Of a stretch of 64,000 nucleotides of DNA, positions 27,636-37,199 are shown piece after piece (positions within the stretch are counted from its first letter, which is position 1; every line of letters begins with the position of its first letter). The stretch comes from a virus (lineage: Duplodnaviria > Caudoviricetes): IMG/VR virus record IMGVR_UViG_3300007214_000006; one strand, given 5' to 3'. Under the pieces are notes generated by a model. The model made no database searches and had not been told where the DNA came from. It saw nothing but the letters and a program-made list of their open reading frames with translations. A program made the translations under genes and the position numbers.

Positions 27636-29513
27636 ATGGGCGTGATTAAGGAATATGTTCCTTTACACGTCCATTCCTAAGTGACTCATTATTCACTTTT
27701 GGATGGACTAAGTAAACCAGAACAAATAGCTAAACGATGTCAAAAAATAGGAGCAAGCACGTGTGCAATAACGGATCACGGGACCATATCCGGATCCGTT
27801 CAGTTTTATGCTTCTATGAAAAAATACGGAATTAAACCAATCCTAGGATGCGAATTATATATCAGTCATAATGATTGTATGATAAAAAGTCCAGATAATT
27901 CAAAATTAAGTCATTTCATAATTTTAGCTAAAAACTATGAGGGTTGGAAATCTTTAATAAAAATAGTATCTAAAACAAATACTCCTGATGTATTTTATCA
28001 TAAGCCAAGAATAGATATAGATACTTTGTTACCATACCTGGATGGCAATATTATTGGTTTTGCTGGTCATCTCGGTTCTGTTATAGCTAACGCCATAAAA
28101 GACCAGGATTCGAACTATACAATCAATTTGATTCAAAAATTAAAAGATGGTTTTGGTGAGAATAATTTTTTTCTTGAGTCTCAACTAATAGATCAAGAAC
28201 AAAATATTGATCAAATTAATTTAACAAAAGAAGTTAGAAGACTGGCACAGATCACAAAAACAAAAGTCATAGCTACTCCAGATGCTCATTATTGCGAATC
28301 TGATGATGCTGTTGATCAAAGAATTTTATTATGCAATAATTTAAAAACAACATTAACAGAGATAAATAGAAAGCTTATTGCAGATGAAGAGGCTCCTATG
28401 TCATGTTTTTTTAAATCTGATAAGTATCATATTCCAAATTTTGACGAAATGAATAATATACATTCTACAGAAGAGCTGTATAATACGATAGAATTAGCAA
28501 ATATGTGCGAAGATTATGATATTACAAATAAGCCAATGCTGCCTTTATTTAAATGTCCTAATTCTGATACTCCAGATGCATATCTTAGGCAATTATGTCG
28601 TAATGGATGGAAAGAAAAAATAGCCAATAATATACCTTCAAATATACAGGAAGAATATGTTGATAGAATCAAATACGAATTATCTGTTTTACAGGGCGCT
28701 GGGTTGTCCAGCTATTTTTTAATAGTGCAGGACATAGTGAACTATGTATCTTCTAATGGGTGGCTTCCTGGTCCCGGAAGAGGTAGCGCTGCTGGTTGTC
28801 TTGTGTCTTATCTAATAGGAATAACAAGTATAGATCCGATAAAAAATAATTTAATTTTTGAAAGATTCTATAATGCAGGAAGGAATACGAGCGACAGAGT
28901 TTCTATGCCAGATATAGATGTTGATGTTCCGATCAACAAACGAGAAGCTGTAGTAGAATATATAAAAAATAAATATGGCCATGATAAAGTGTCTCAAATG
29001 ATTACTTTTAATACGATGAAAGGTCGTGGCGCTCTTAAAGAAGTCCTTAGAGTTTATGGAAATATATCTTTTGACGAAATGAATAAAATTACAAAATACA
29101 TACCAGATGAAGCAAAAATAGCGGATGAATTACAAGAAATGAAAGAAGAAACAGGAGAGGCGTCCATTATTAGATGGGCTTTAGAAAATAATGTTGACAA
29201 ACTCAAGGAATGGTGTTATTTATTAGATGACGGTACGCTCGCCGGACCGCTTGCTAAAAGATTCGAACAAGCAATTAGACTAGAAGGAACCAAATCTAAT
29301 CAGTCAAAGCATGCTGCTGGAGTCGTTATATCTCAAGAAAAATTATCGGAGATTTGCCCAATGGTTTATGATAGTAAAAATAAACAGCTAATAGCAGGAA
29401 TGGAAATGCAAGATCTAGAATCTTTAGGTGTAATCAAATTTGATATCCTAGGCATAGCCATGTTAGATAAAATTATGAATATTTCACAAATATTAGCTAA
29501 AGAAGGAGTTTAA
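27636..29513 (+). CDS. dnaE: DNA polymerase III alpha, N-terminal half (PHP + palm/thumb), with an in-frame TAA at 27678-27680
   Basis: YVPLHVHS*VTHYSLLDG, ITDHG, ILGCE, TPDAHY, YFLIVQD, GPGRGSAAG, PDIDVD, KHAAGVVI, KFDILG. Confidence 0.9.
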
Positions 29514-29514
29514 A

Positions 29515-29694
29515 ATGAATAAAGTTTTTTCAGAATTAGCTATCGGAGATAGATTTGAACTAAATGGAAATAGTTATATTAAAATTCAAGAAGTAAGAGT
29601 TAGTTGTTGCAGATCAATAAATGCTCAGGACGCAAATAATCCGTCGAGCAAAACGTTTGTGCAAGCAACAACCACGGTGACAGTTAATGCCTAA
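29515..29694 (+). CDS. 59-aa hypothetical protein between the dnaE halves (below the ORF-track cutoff)
   Basis: SD AAGGAG (29502-29507); MNKVFSELAIGDRFELNGNSYIK...VRVSCCRSINA; overlaps the next ATG. Confidence 0.7.
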   Translation: MNKVFSELAIGDRFELNGNSYIKIQEVRVSCCRSINAQDANNPSSKTFVQATTTVTVNA

Positions 29695-30388
29695 TTTTCA
29701 AAAAATATGTGTGTTTGATATGGAAACTGACGGGGTTAACCCTGATCAGTGTAGTCCTGTGCAGATTGCTGCTGTTATTGTAGATCCAATAAAACTAGAA
29801 ATAGTTAAAGATTCCGAATTTAATATTAATTTAAAGCCAGAATTATTAGAAAATAATATAAGTTACAAATATGAAGATAGTGATGTTCTTGACTTTCATT
29901 CAAAAGTACGAGGTTGCTCCAAGTCTTCTATATTAGAATCTTGGGGCAAATACCAATCACAAGAGGCTGGTTGGAAAATGTTCGTTTCGTATCTTGAAAT
30001 GTATCATACAAAGTCTAACGGAACTAAAAAATCCTGCTTTTCTGCACCAATAGCTGCTGGCTTTAATATAAATAAATTTGATTTACGAATTATAGAGAGG
30101 CTTAGTGTAAAATATAATTCTCTAAATAAAGAAGGCAGATCCTCGTTGTTTTATCCCAGAGATGTAATTGATGTAATGAATCTTTTATTTTATTGGTTTG
30201 AATATAATAATGAACTTAAAAACTATACACTAGATAATCTAAGAGATTATTTGGGTATAGATAAAACTAATGCTCATGATGCATTAAAAGATGTGAAGGA
30301 CACAGCCAATATCATGATAAGGTTTTTAAAATTGCATAGAAACCTGTCTAATAAAGTTAAATTTAAAGGATCTTTTGTAAATGCCTAA
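29687..30388 (+). CDS. DEDDh 3'-5' exonuclease (DnaQ/epsilon-like)
   Basis: Exo I VFDMETDG, Exo II AGFNINKFD, Exo III HDALKD. Confidence 0.9.
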   Translation: MPNFQKICVFDMETDGVNPDQCSPVQIAAVIVDPIKLEIVKDSEFNINLKPELLENNISYKYEDSDVLDFHSKVRGCSKSSILESWGKYQSQEAGWKMFVSYLEMYHTKSNGTKKSCFSAPIAAGFNINKFDLRIIERLSVKYNSLNKEGRSSLFYPRDVIDVMNLLFYWFEYNNELKNYTLDNLRDYLGIDKTNAHDALKDVKDTANIMIRFLKLHRNLSNKVKFKGSFVNA

Positions 30389-31997
30389 ATGGTCTTTTGA
30401 TTGCGGATGTTGTTTTGATATCATTGAGAATAATGGAGAGAAACATAAGTTATTATTTTCTCCAAAAATTGAATCTATAAATTTATGTTGCGCTAAAACA
30501 TGGGAATTGATTTCTTCTGGAAACACTAAAGGATGTTTCCAGTTAGAATCTAGATTAGGCCAAATGATGGCTAAAAAATTAAAACCAGAAAATATAGAAC
30601 AATTATCTGGACTAATCAGTATACTTAGGCCGGGATGCCTAGAAGCAATAAGAGATGGGAAAAGCGTAACAAACCATTATATAGATAAAAAAAATGGTCT
30701 GGAATCTATTAATTATTTCCATGAGGCTCTGGAGACCTCATTAAGTACCACCTACGGGGAAATGATATACCAAGAACAGGCTATGTCTATCGCAAAAGAT
30801 TTGGCTGGATTCGATTTACAAGAAGCAGATTCTTTAAGAAAAGCTATCGGAAAAAAGAAACCAGAAGAAATGGCAAAAGTTAAACAAAAATTTTTAGATG
30901 GCACAAAAAAACTTAATATAGTCAATCAAAAAGAAGCAGAAGAAATCTTTGGATGGATAGAAAAAAGTCAAAGATATTCATTCAATAAATCTCACGGTAT
31001 TTCATATGCTATGAACGCATATTTATCGGCGTATGCTAAAGCCCATTTTCCGGAAGCCTTTTTTGTTTCTTATTTAAAATTTGCTAAGGACAAAATAGAC
31101 CCACAACAAGAAATCAAAGAATTAATTAAAAATGCCACGGAAATGGATATAAATATCTGTCTGCCAGATTTAAGACTACAAAACTCTAATTTCGGAATCT
31201 TTAATAATAAAATTTATTTTGGTTTAACAGACATAAAGGGTGTTGGGGACTCAGTGTTTGCTAAATTATCGGATATATGTAAAAATATTGATCTATATAA
31301 AATATCATGGACTGAACTGCTTATCAAAATTTTATTAAATATAAATTCCACAGCGGCTAAAGCTTTGATTTCTAGCGGAGCAATTGATTATCTTAATAAA
31401 AATCGTACAGAAATGTTGTTTGATCTAGAAATAATAAGCTCTCTTACTAAAAAAGAATTAGAATACATTGCGCCTATACTATCGAACACCATTACCTTAA
31501 AAGATATTATGAGTTATCTTATTAATTACTCAAAAGTGAATACAAAAAGAAAACAAGCAATACAAAGCTTATTGCAAACTATTAAAAATCCGCCGTATTC
31601 CTTAATAGATAAAATAGAATGGTTAGCAGATACGGAGTCATCTTTATTGGGTACGGCGATCTCTTGCTCAAAATTAGACACATATGACATAGAAATGACA
31701 AACACAGATTGCAAAACATTTAAAACTACAAATAGTATTTCTAATATTATAATGGCTGGAGAAATTACTAATATTAATATTATAAAAACAAAAAAAGGAA
31801 AATTATCCGGTCAAGAAATGTCTTTTGTCTCAATAGAAGATCAAACTGGTTCTCTAGATTCTGTGATATTTTTTCCAGAAATCTATGCAAAATATAAACA
31901 CCATTTATTCGAAAATAATATTTTAATATTTGTGGGAAATAAGAGCAAAACAAAGGATGGTTTGATTGTGGATAAGTGTTTTGTGCCTAGGTCTTGA
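30381..31997 (+). CDS. dnaE: DNA polymerase III alpha, C-terminal half (fingers, HhH, OB fold)
   Basis: TKGCFQLES, ILRPG, MIYQEQAM, ADSLRKAIGKKK, YSFNKSH, FGLTDIKGVG, OB fold AGEI...KTKKG..MSFVSIEDQTG. Confidence 0.92.
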   Translation: MPKWSFDCGCCFDIIENNGEKHKLLFSPKIESINLCCAKTWELISSGNTKGCFQLESRLGQMMAKKLKPENIEQLSGLISILRPGCLEAIRDGKSVTNHYIDKKNGLESINYFHEALETSLSTTYGEMIYQEQAMSIAKDLAGFDLQEADSLRKAIGKKKPEEMAKVKQKFLDGTKKLNIVNQKEAEEIFGWIEKSQRYSFNKSHGISYAMNAYLSAYAKAHFPEAFFVSYLKFAKDKIDPQQEIKELIKNATEMDINICLPDLRLQNSNFGIFNNKIYFGLTDIKGVGDSVFAKLSDICKNIDLYKISWTELLIKILLNINSTAAKALISSGAIDYLNKNRTEMLFDLEIISSLTKKELEYIAPILSNTITLKDIMSYLINYSKVNTKRKQAIQSLLQTIKNPPYSLIDKIEWLADTESSLLGTAISCSKLDTYDIEMTNTDCKTFKTTNSISNIIMAGEITNINIIKTKKGKLSGQEMSFVSIEDQTGSLDSVIFFPEIYAKYKHHLFENNILIFVGNKSKTKDGLIVDKCFVPRS

Positions 31998-32021
31998 CAT
32001 CCTGTCCGCACAGGCTATAAT
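31994..32021 (+). promoter_or_regulatory. Consensus sigma70 promoter TTGACA-N16-TATAAT upstream of ssb
   Basis: Perfect -35 (31994-31999) and -10 (32016-32021); spacer contains inverted repeat CCTGT-ccgc-ACAGG. Confidence 0.85.
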
Positions 32022-32067
32022 ATAACTGTTAGTCAATCGTTTGTTACTTTTTTTTGAGGAGATAATT

Positions 32068-32433
32068 ATGAATATAACTTTGTTAAAGGGTAATCTTGCT
32101 AGGGATCCAGAACTACGAACAGTATCAACTGGAGGAAAACAAACCTCTGTTGTTAATTTTACTGTTGCCACTTCTAGAGAATATACAAAAGCCAACGGAG
32201 AAAAGGATAAGATTACTTCTTTTATCAATTGCGAAGCATGGGATAGTGGTGCTGATGTTATTGCCTCTTCTTTTAAGAAAGGTGATTTGGTTCTAATAGA
32301 AGGTTCTTTGAGGAATGATTCTTGGGAAAAGGATGGTGTCAAGCACAGCACATTAAAGGTTAGAGTAAATAATTTTTCCAAGATTACAAAGCTTTCTAAG
32401 AACAATAAATCAGAAGAGGCTGTGGCATTCTGA
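32068..32433 (+). CDS. ssb: Single-stranded DNA-binding protein
   Basis: SD GAGGAG; GNLARDPELR, VVNFTVA, FINCEAW, KGDLVLIEGSLRNDSWEKDG; acidic tail EEAVAF. Confidence 0.95.
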   Translation: MNITLLKGNLARDPELRTVSTGGKQTSVVNFTVATSREYTKANGEKDKITSFINCEAWDSGADVIASSFKKGDLVLIEGSLRNDSWEKDGVKHSTLKVRVNNFSKITKLSKNNKSEEAVAF

Positions 32434-32477
32434 TGGAAAGATTATCTTATCTAAGATAGCTTTATTAAAAAATAATC

Positions 32478-32504
32478 AGGGGTTGAAAAACCCCTTTTTA
32501 TTTT
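32478..32504 (+). terminator. Rho-independent terminator after ssb
   Basis: Stem AGGGGTT / AACCCCT, GAAA tetraloop, TTTTATTTT tail. Confidence 0.85.
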
Positions 32505-32521
32505 ATATCAATAAATAATAT

Positions 32522-34183
32522 ATGAACCAGAAACTAAAAATATTAATGTGTTCTGAGGCTAGTTTTATAAATTCTGGCTTTGGTAATTACACTAGAGAGC
32601 TGCTAACAAGACTTCATAAAACCAATAAATATGATATAGCAGAGTTTGCTTCGTATGGAATGGTGAATGATCCAAGAGATAAAGATATACATTGGAAATA
32701 CTATGCAAATGCTGTAAAAGAAAACGATCCAAGAATGCAGGATTACTCTTCCAGATCAGATAATCAATTTGGAAGATGGCGTTTTGATAAGGTTCTGTTA
32801 GATTTCAGACCGAATGTTGTTATAGACATAAGGGACTATTGGATGAACTATTATCAGGCACAGTCATCACTGAGGCCATATTTTAACTGGGTTTTAATGC
32901 CAACGGTAGACTCTGCTCCGCAACAAGAACCGTGGATAGATACATTTTTACATGCAGATGCAATATTTACATACTCTGATTGGGGAGCAAAGGTTTTAGC
33001 AGATCAAAGTAATGGTAAAATAAATTATATAGCAACAGCCTCACCAGGAGTAAATCTTTCTGAATTCAAACCCAAACCAGACAGAGAGAAGATAAAACAA
33101 AAATACGGTCTTCCTTCTGATAGTTTTATCATTGGGTCTGTTATGAGAAACCAGAAAAGAAAACTTATACCAGAACTATTTTCTGCATTCAGACAACTGT
33201 TGGATGAACTAGAAAATGACGGGAATCCATTAGCAGATAAAACGTATTTATATTTACATACAAGCTATCCTGATGCTGGTTGGGATATACCGGAATTGTT
33301 AAGACAAAATAGATTATTAAATAAAGTTTATTTCTCATATCACTGCTCTAGGTGTCAAAATACTGAATCTCAGGTGTACACCCACCCTGTAAAAATTTGT
33401 AAAAATTGTATGGAATTATCTAGTAGATTTAGTTCCGTTACTAATGGTGTCTCCAATGAGACTTTGTCTGACATATATAATATGTTTGATATTTATGTTC
33501 AATATGCTATATGCGAGGGATTCGGAATGCCACAGGTTGAGGCTGGAGCATGCGGCGTACCAATAGCCACAGTTAATTATAGCGCAATGGAAGATGTTGT
33601 ACATAAACTAAATGCACACCCAATAAAAATTAAATCATATTTTAAGGAATTAGAAACAAAGGCGATAAGAGTTTATCCAGACAATAATGATCTGAATAAA
33701 TTTATTCTAAAGTTTATGAGATTGTCTAAAAATAGACAAGAGGAAAAAAGAAAAGAAACTAGGCTATTAACAGAAAAATATTATAATTGGGACAATATTG
33801 CTAAGATATGGGAAAATTTCTTGGATTCAGAATCATTGTTTAAAGCAAAAAGAAATTGGTCAGATCCTCCAAAATATTTGTCTTCTATTAAAGAGAATAA
33901 TATATCTAGGGCAAATCATTTTATGTCTACATATACAATATGTGCGAATAATATGGAGGACCCTGATTTTTTTGGTACATCTATATGTTTAGATATGCTA
34001 AGAGATGGAGATTATGGTTTTTCACAAAACGGTATGAGTATTGTTGGAACAGATATCAATCAAACTCAAAAACATCTTCAAATTATTATAGATAATCATA
34101 ATCAGGCAGAGTACGCCAGAAGTAATAATATGAAATTTGATGAAGACTTTATAGAATATTCACAAATCAAGAGTAATACATAA
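32522..34183 (+). CDS. GT4-family glycosyltransferase with a Cys-rich insertion
   Basis: SGFGNY, PTVDSAPQ, VMRNQKRK, EGFGMPQVEAGACGVP, YNWDNIA; CSRC...CKNC insertion. Confidence 0.88.
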   Translation: MNQKLKILMCSEASFINSGFGNYTRELLTRLHKTNKYDIAEFASYGMVNDPRDKDIHWKYYANAVKENDPRMQDYSSRSDNQFGRWRFDKVLLDFRPNVVIDIRDYWMNYYQAQSSLRPYFNWVLMPTVDSAPQQEPWIDTFLHADAIFTYSDWGAKVLADQSNGKINYIATASPGVNLSEFKPKPDREKIKQKYGLPSDSFIIGSVMRNQKRKLIPELFSAFRQLLDELENDGNPLADKTYLYLHTSYPDAGWDIPELLRQNRLLNKVYFSYHCSRCQNTESQVYTHPVKICKNCMELSSRFSSVTNGVSNETLSDIYNMFDIYVQYAICEGFGMPQVEAGACGVPIATVNYSAMEDVVHKLNAHPIKIKSYFKELETKAIRVYPDNNDLNKFILKFMRLSKNRQEEKRKETRLLTEKYYNWDNIAKIWENFLDSESLFKAKRNWSDPPKYLSSIKENNISRANHFMSTYTICANNMEDPDFFGTSICLDMLRDGDYGFSQNGMSIVGTDINQTQKHLQIIIDNHNQAEYARSNNMKFDEDFIEYSQIKSNT

Positions 34184-34185
34184 AA

Positions 34186-35190
34186 ATGAATATCTTATAT
34201 ATAGGACCATACAGAAATGAATTAGCTGTTGGGCATGCTTCTAGAAATATTATAAATACATTATCCGAGATAAGTAATCTAACAATAAGACCTATATATA
34301 TATCAAATAACAATTTTCCTATGTCCTTAAAACTGGACACTCTGGAACAAAAGGACACAAATAATGATTATGATATTATTATACAACATTGTTCTCCTTA
34401 TTTATTAAGTTCGCTATATGATAAAAATATCAAAGCTAAAAATATTGCTATTCCTATTATAAATAAAACAATCAATAAAAAACAATATGAAATTTTACTA
34501 TCTGATTTTGATAAAATATTAGCAGATGATGCGACTGTTGAATTGATATTAAGGTCTAATTATAGTTTAAATAATGTAGAGCTATTTAGATATAATATAA
34601 TAGACGATAAAAATAAAATACAAAAAATTAATTTAGATATCCATAATCAAAACAAAAAATTCTATTTTATAGGATCATTTTTTAGCAATAAACAGATTAT
34701 AAAAACTATTATCAAAAGCTTTTATTTTACTTTTGGTAATTCTACAGATATGTCTTTGATATTATTTATACTAGAAAATACCGAGGAATCAAAAGCAGAA
34801 TTAAATAAAATAATTGAAAATGTAAAAAAAGAACTAAATATAGTTGGAACAAATTATTGTCATAAAATTATTGTGAAAATATTGTCAGAAAATGACTTAT
34901 TGTCTGCTCATAATTCTTGTGATATATTTATTTCTTTATGTGACTCAGGCATAGAATCTAGTTTTAATAAAACAATAGCATCAACATACGGGAATTATAT
35001 TATAGACGAATCAAATACAAATATGTTCTACGATACCGATCCTGGGTATTTGGATACTTATTATTTTGGAGAAGTGAGATTAACAACGAATATTATCAGC
35101 TTATCTCAATCTATGGTAAATTCCCTTAATTCAACAACAAAAGCCAACACAAATACTGCTCAAACAATAGATAAAATCATATGTCAATAA
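34186..35190 (+). CDS. Divergent GT-B glycosyltransferase-like protein
   Basis: MNILYIGPY, YDIIIQH, KKFYFIG, AHNSCDIFISL. Confidence 0.6.
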   Translation: MNILYIGPYRNELAVGHASRNIINTLSEISNLTIRPIYISNNNFPMSLKLDTLEQKDTNNDYDIIIQHCSPYLLSSLYDKNIKAKNIAIPIINKTINKKQYEILLSDFDKILADDATVELILRSNYSLNNVELFRYNIIDDKNKIQKINLDIHNQNKKFYFIGSFFSNKQIIKTIIKSFYFTFGNSTDMSLILFILENTEESKAELNKIIENVKKELNIVGTNYCHKIIVKILSENDLLSAHNSCDIFISLCDSGIESSFNKTIASTYGNYIIDESNTNMFYDTDPGYLDTYYFGEVRLTTNIISLSQSMVNSLNSTTKANTNTAQTIDKIICQ

Positions 35191-36038
35191 ATTACCAAGT
35201 ACACAATATATTACATAGTATTTATTCGAACCAAAGAAATAATCTTAATATTTTTTATACATACAATTTCAGTCTTTTCGATAAAATAATTATAGATATC
35301 CCAGGCATCAATTTTTTGCATAATGGAGTATTTTTGAACTGTCCATTATCTTATGCTTTATGTGTGATTAACGACCCCATAGATTTTGCTCAAAATATAA
35401 ATGCATATAATAATCTATATGCCAATAAAATCATATTTTTCCATGAGGAACCAAATGCTTCCTTAAAAAAAGAAGATTTGTTCCTTTTAAAAAACTCTTT
35501 ATCAAGATTCGAATTGTTCTCTTTTAATAAAAACTATGCTTCTTGGTGCAATCCGAATATAAGATCATTAACATATGGAATAAAACCATACACAAAACAA
35601 ATAAATAAAGATAAGGACATAATTCTGCTGTATTCTAATAGCCATAAACAGACAAAGCTAATATACGATAATCTAAAACAAATATATCCAAATACCAAAT
35701 TGCTAGAAATTAATGCTACACAATCCTATGATGATATTATCGAAATCATATCAGAATACAAAATATGTATAGATTTAACATCATATTACAACATATTGTG
35801 CGCTGTGTCTGTCGGTTGCTATGGTATAACAGGACAAAGGGGGTACAAAGACGAATATATAAATCAAATTAAGGATTATCAAGAACTAATTGATATCATA
35901 AAAAAAATACTATCCCAATTTGAATCAAATACCGACAGTATGCAAAAATATATTGCGGATAATTACTCGTATGAATTTTTTATAGAAAATATCAAACACA
36001 TAGTCACAAATTATTCCAAAAAGGCTGTTATATTATGA
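35181..36038 (+). CDS. Divergent glycosyltransferase-like protein
   Basis: TYGIKP, YKICIDL, CAVSVGC, YSYEFF near the C-terminus resembling the GT-B C-terminal lobe. Confidence 0.45.
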   Translation: MSINYQVHNILHSIYSNQRNNLNIFYTYNFSLFDKIIIDIPGINFLHNGVFLNCPLSYALCVINDPIDFAQNINAYNNLYANKIIFFHEEPNASLKKEDLFLLKNSLSRFELFSFNKNYASWCNPNIRSLTYGIKPYTKQINKDKDIILLYSNSHKQTKLIYDNLKQIYPNTKLLEINATQSYDDIIEIISEYKICIDLTSYYNILCAVSVGCYGITGQRGYKDEYINQIKDYQELIDIIKKILSQFESNTDSMQKYIADNYSYEFFIENIKHIVTNYSKKAVIL

Positions 36039-36460
36039 GCAAAAATATTAATATCGTATTACAGAATACCAATTCTACTTTAGCTGGCTTTGAAAATGTT
36101 TTGATCGATCAGATATCTTCTGTATATAGTTTTTCTTGCGATATAATAAATTGTTCTTTTGCTAGCTTTTTTGATCACTCAAAATTTTGGATAATAATTG
36201 ATATTTTGATAGACAAATTAAAGCCCGGTGGTCAACTTATTATAAACTTATATGATTCACAAAGAATCGCTGCTCTATATGCTAATAATCAAATAAAAAA
36301 TTCGGATTATCTAGCATTAATAAAAAATATAAACAATTGTATATCATTATCTGATATTATTGATTTTATTTCTAACAAAAAAGATATTTCTTTAATAGAC
36401 ACAAAGAAAGATCAATTAATTACCAATATTTCTATAATAAAGAATTTAAATAATGGCTAA
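36035..36460 (+). CDS. Truncated/divergent methyltransferase-like protein
   Basis: GFENV, DKLKPGGQLIIN (class I MTase C-terminal motif); no GxGxG. Confidence 0.45.
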   Translation: MSKNINIVLQNTNSTLAGFENVLIDQISSVYSFSCDIINCSFASFFDHSKFWIIIDILIDKLKPGGQLIINLYDSQRIAALYANNQIKNSDYLALIKNINNCISLSDIIDFISNKKDISLIDTKKDQLITNISIIKNLNNG

Positions 36461-37199
36461 TACTCATTGCAAAGGATGTATTTTTGCTGTGTTAGATCAA
36501 ATAATAGAAAATTCTTGCGAATTCGATATTCCAAAATATATTAAAGATATAAAAGAAATTTCAATCAAAGATAAGTATCTATATATCAGCAATTATAGAT
36601 GTAAGTATGCATTTTCTGAGAATATACTAACCGAAAACCAAATGGATAAAGATTCTATAAAATATACTCTGATAGAAAAATCACACATACAATATTATTT
36701 GGTTGTAGATGCTCGTAATCTATCCTCCACAGAAGATTTTATAAAGCTAGCAAAAGATATAAATAATTTAGATATATCTCCAAAATTAGTATCTATCTTA
36801 ATTACTATCAACGATACTAATAATAGAGAAATCTATAAACAAATATATGAAGCTATCGACAGTAAAATTAAATGGAAATTACATGCTTTTTTGAATAGTC
36901 TTAATTTTAACGAAGCCGGACATATTGCTGCTGAAACTAATATTCAAACAAGTGAATCATCATTAATTTATTTTTGGGATTATTCGTTATCTAATCAAAC
37001 GTCAACCAATAAGAGATTAAATCATGTATTTTTTGTTAGAAATATTCAGCAAAACAATGCCTATGGATTTGAATCCTCTGGGTTTGATGGTTTGTGCATA
37101 CCCATAAGTTTGTATAAGTCTGTAACAACTTTAGTAAACAAAAATATTATCGAAGGTCTGTCTTACGCTGGGATTTCTCTATCAAAATATGACGAATAA
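36453..37199 (+). CDS. Hypothetical protein in the sugar-enzyme cluster
   Basis: N-terminal CKGC-IFA...C...C; no family recognised. Confidence 0.6.
   Translation: MANTHCKGCIFAVLDQIIENSCEFDIPKYIKDIKEISIKDKYLYISNYRCKYAFSENILTENQMDKDSIKYTLIEKSHIQYYLVVDARNLSSTEDFIKLAKDINNLDISPKLVSILITINDTNNREIYKQIYEAIDSKIKWKLHAFLNSLNFNEAGHIAAETNIQTSESSLIYFWDYSLSNQTSTNKRLNHVFFVRNIQQNNAYGFESSGFDGLCIPISLYKSVTTLVNKNIIEGLSYAGISLSKYDE

Noticed and set aside
29400-30500. Split intein joining the dnaE halves, as in cyanobacteria
   Set aside because: No intein N-terminal block after the extein, no His-Asn-Cys/Ser/Thr junction, and the split point differs from the cyanobacterial site.
31923-32405. 160-aa minus-strand ORF opposite ssb and similar short antisense ORFs elsewhere
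   Set aside because: They shadow well-supported genes on the other strand and have no motifs or SD sites.
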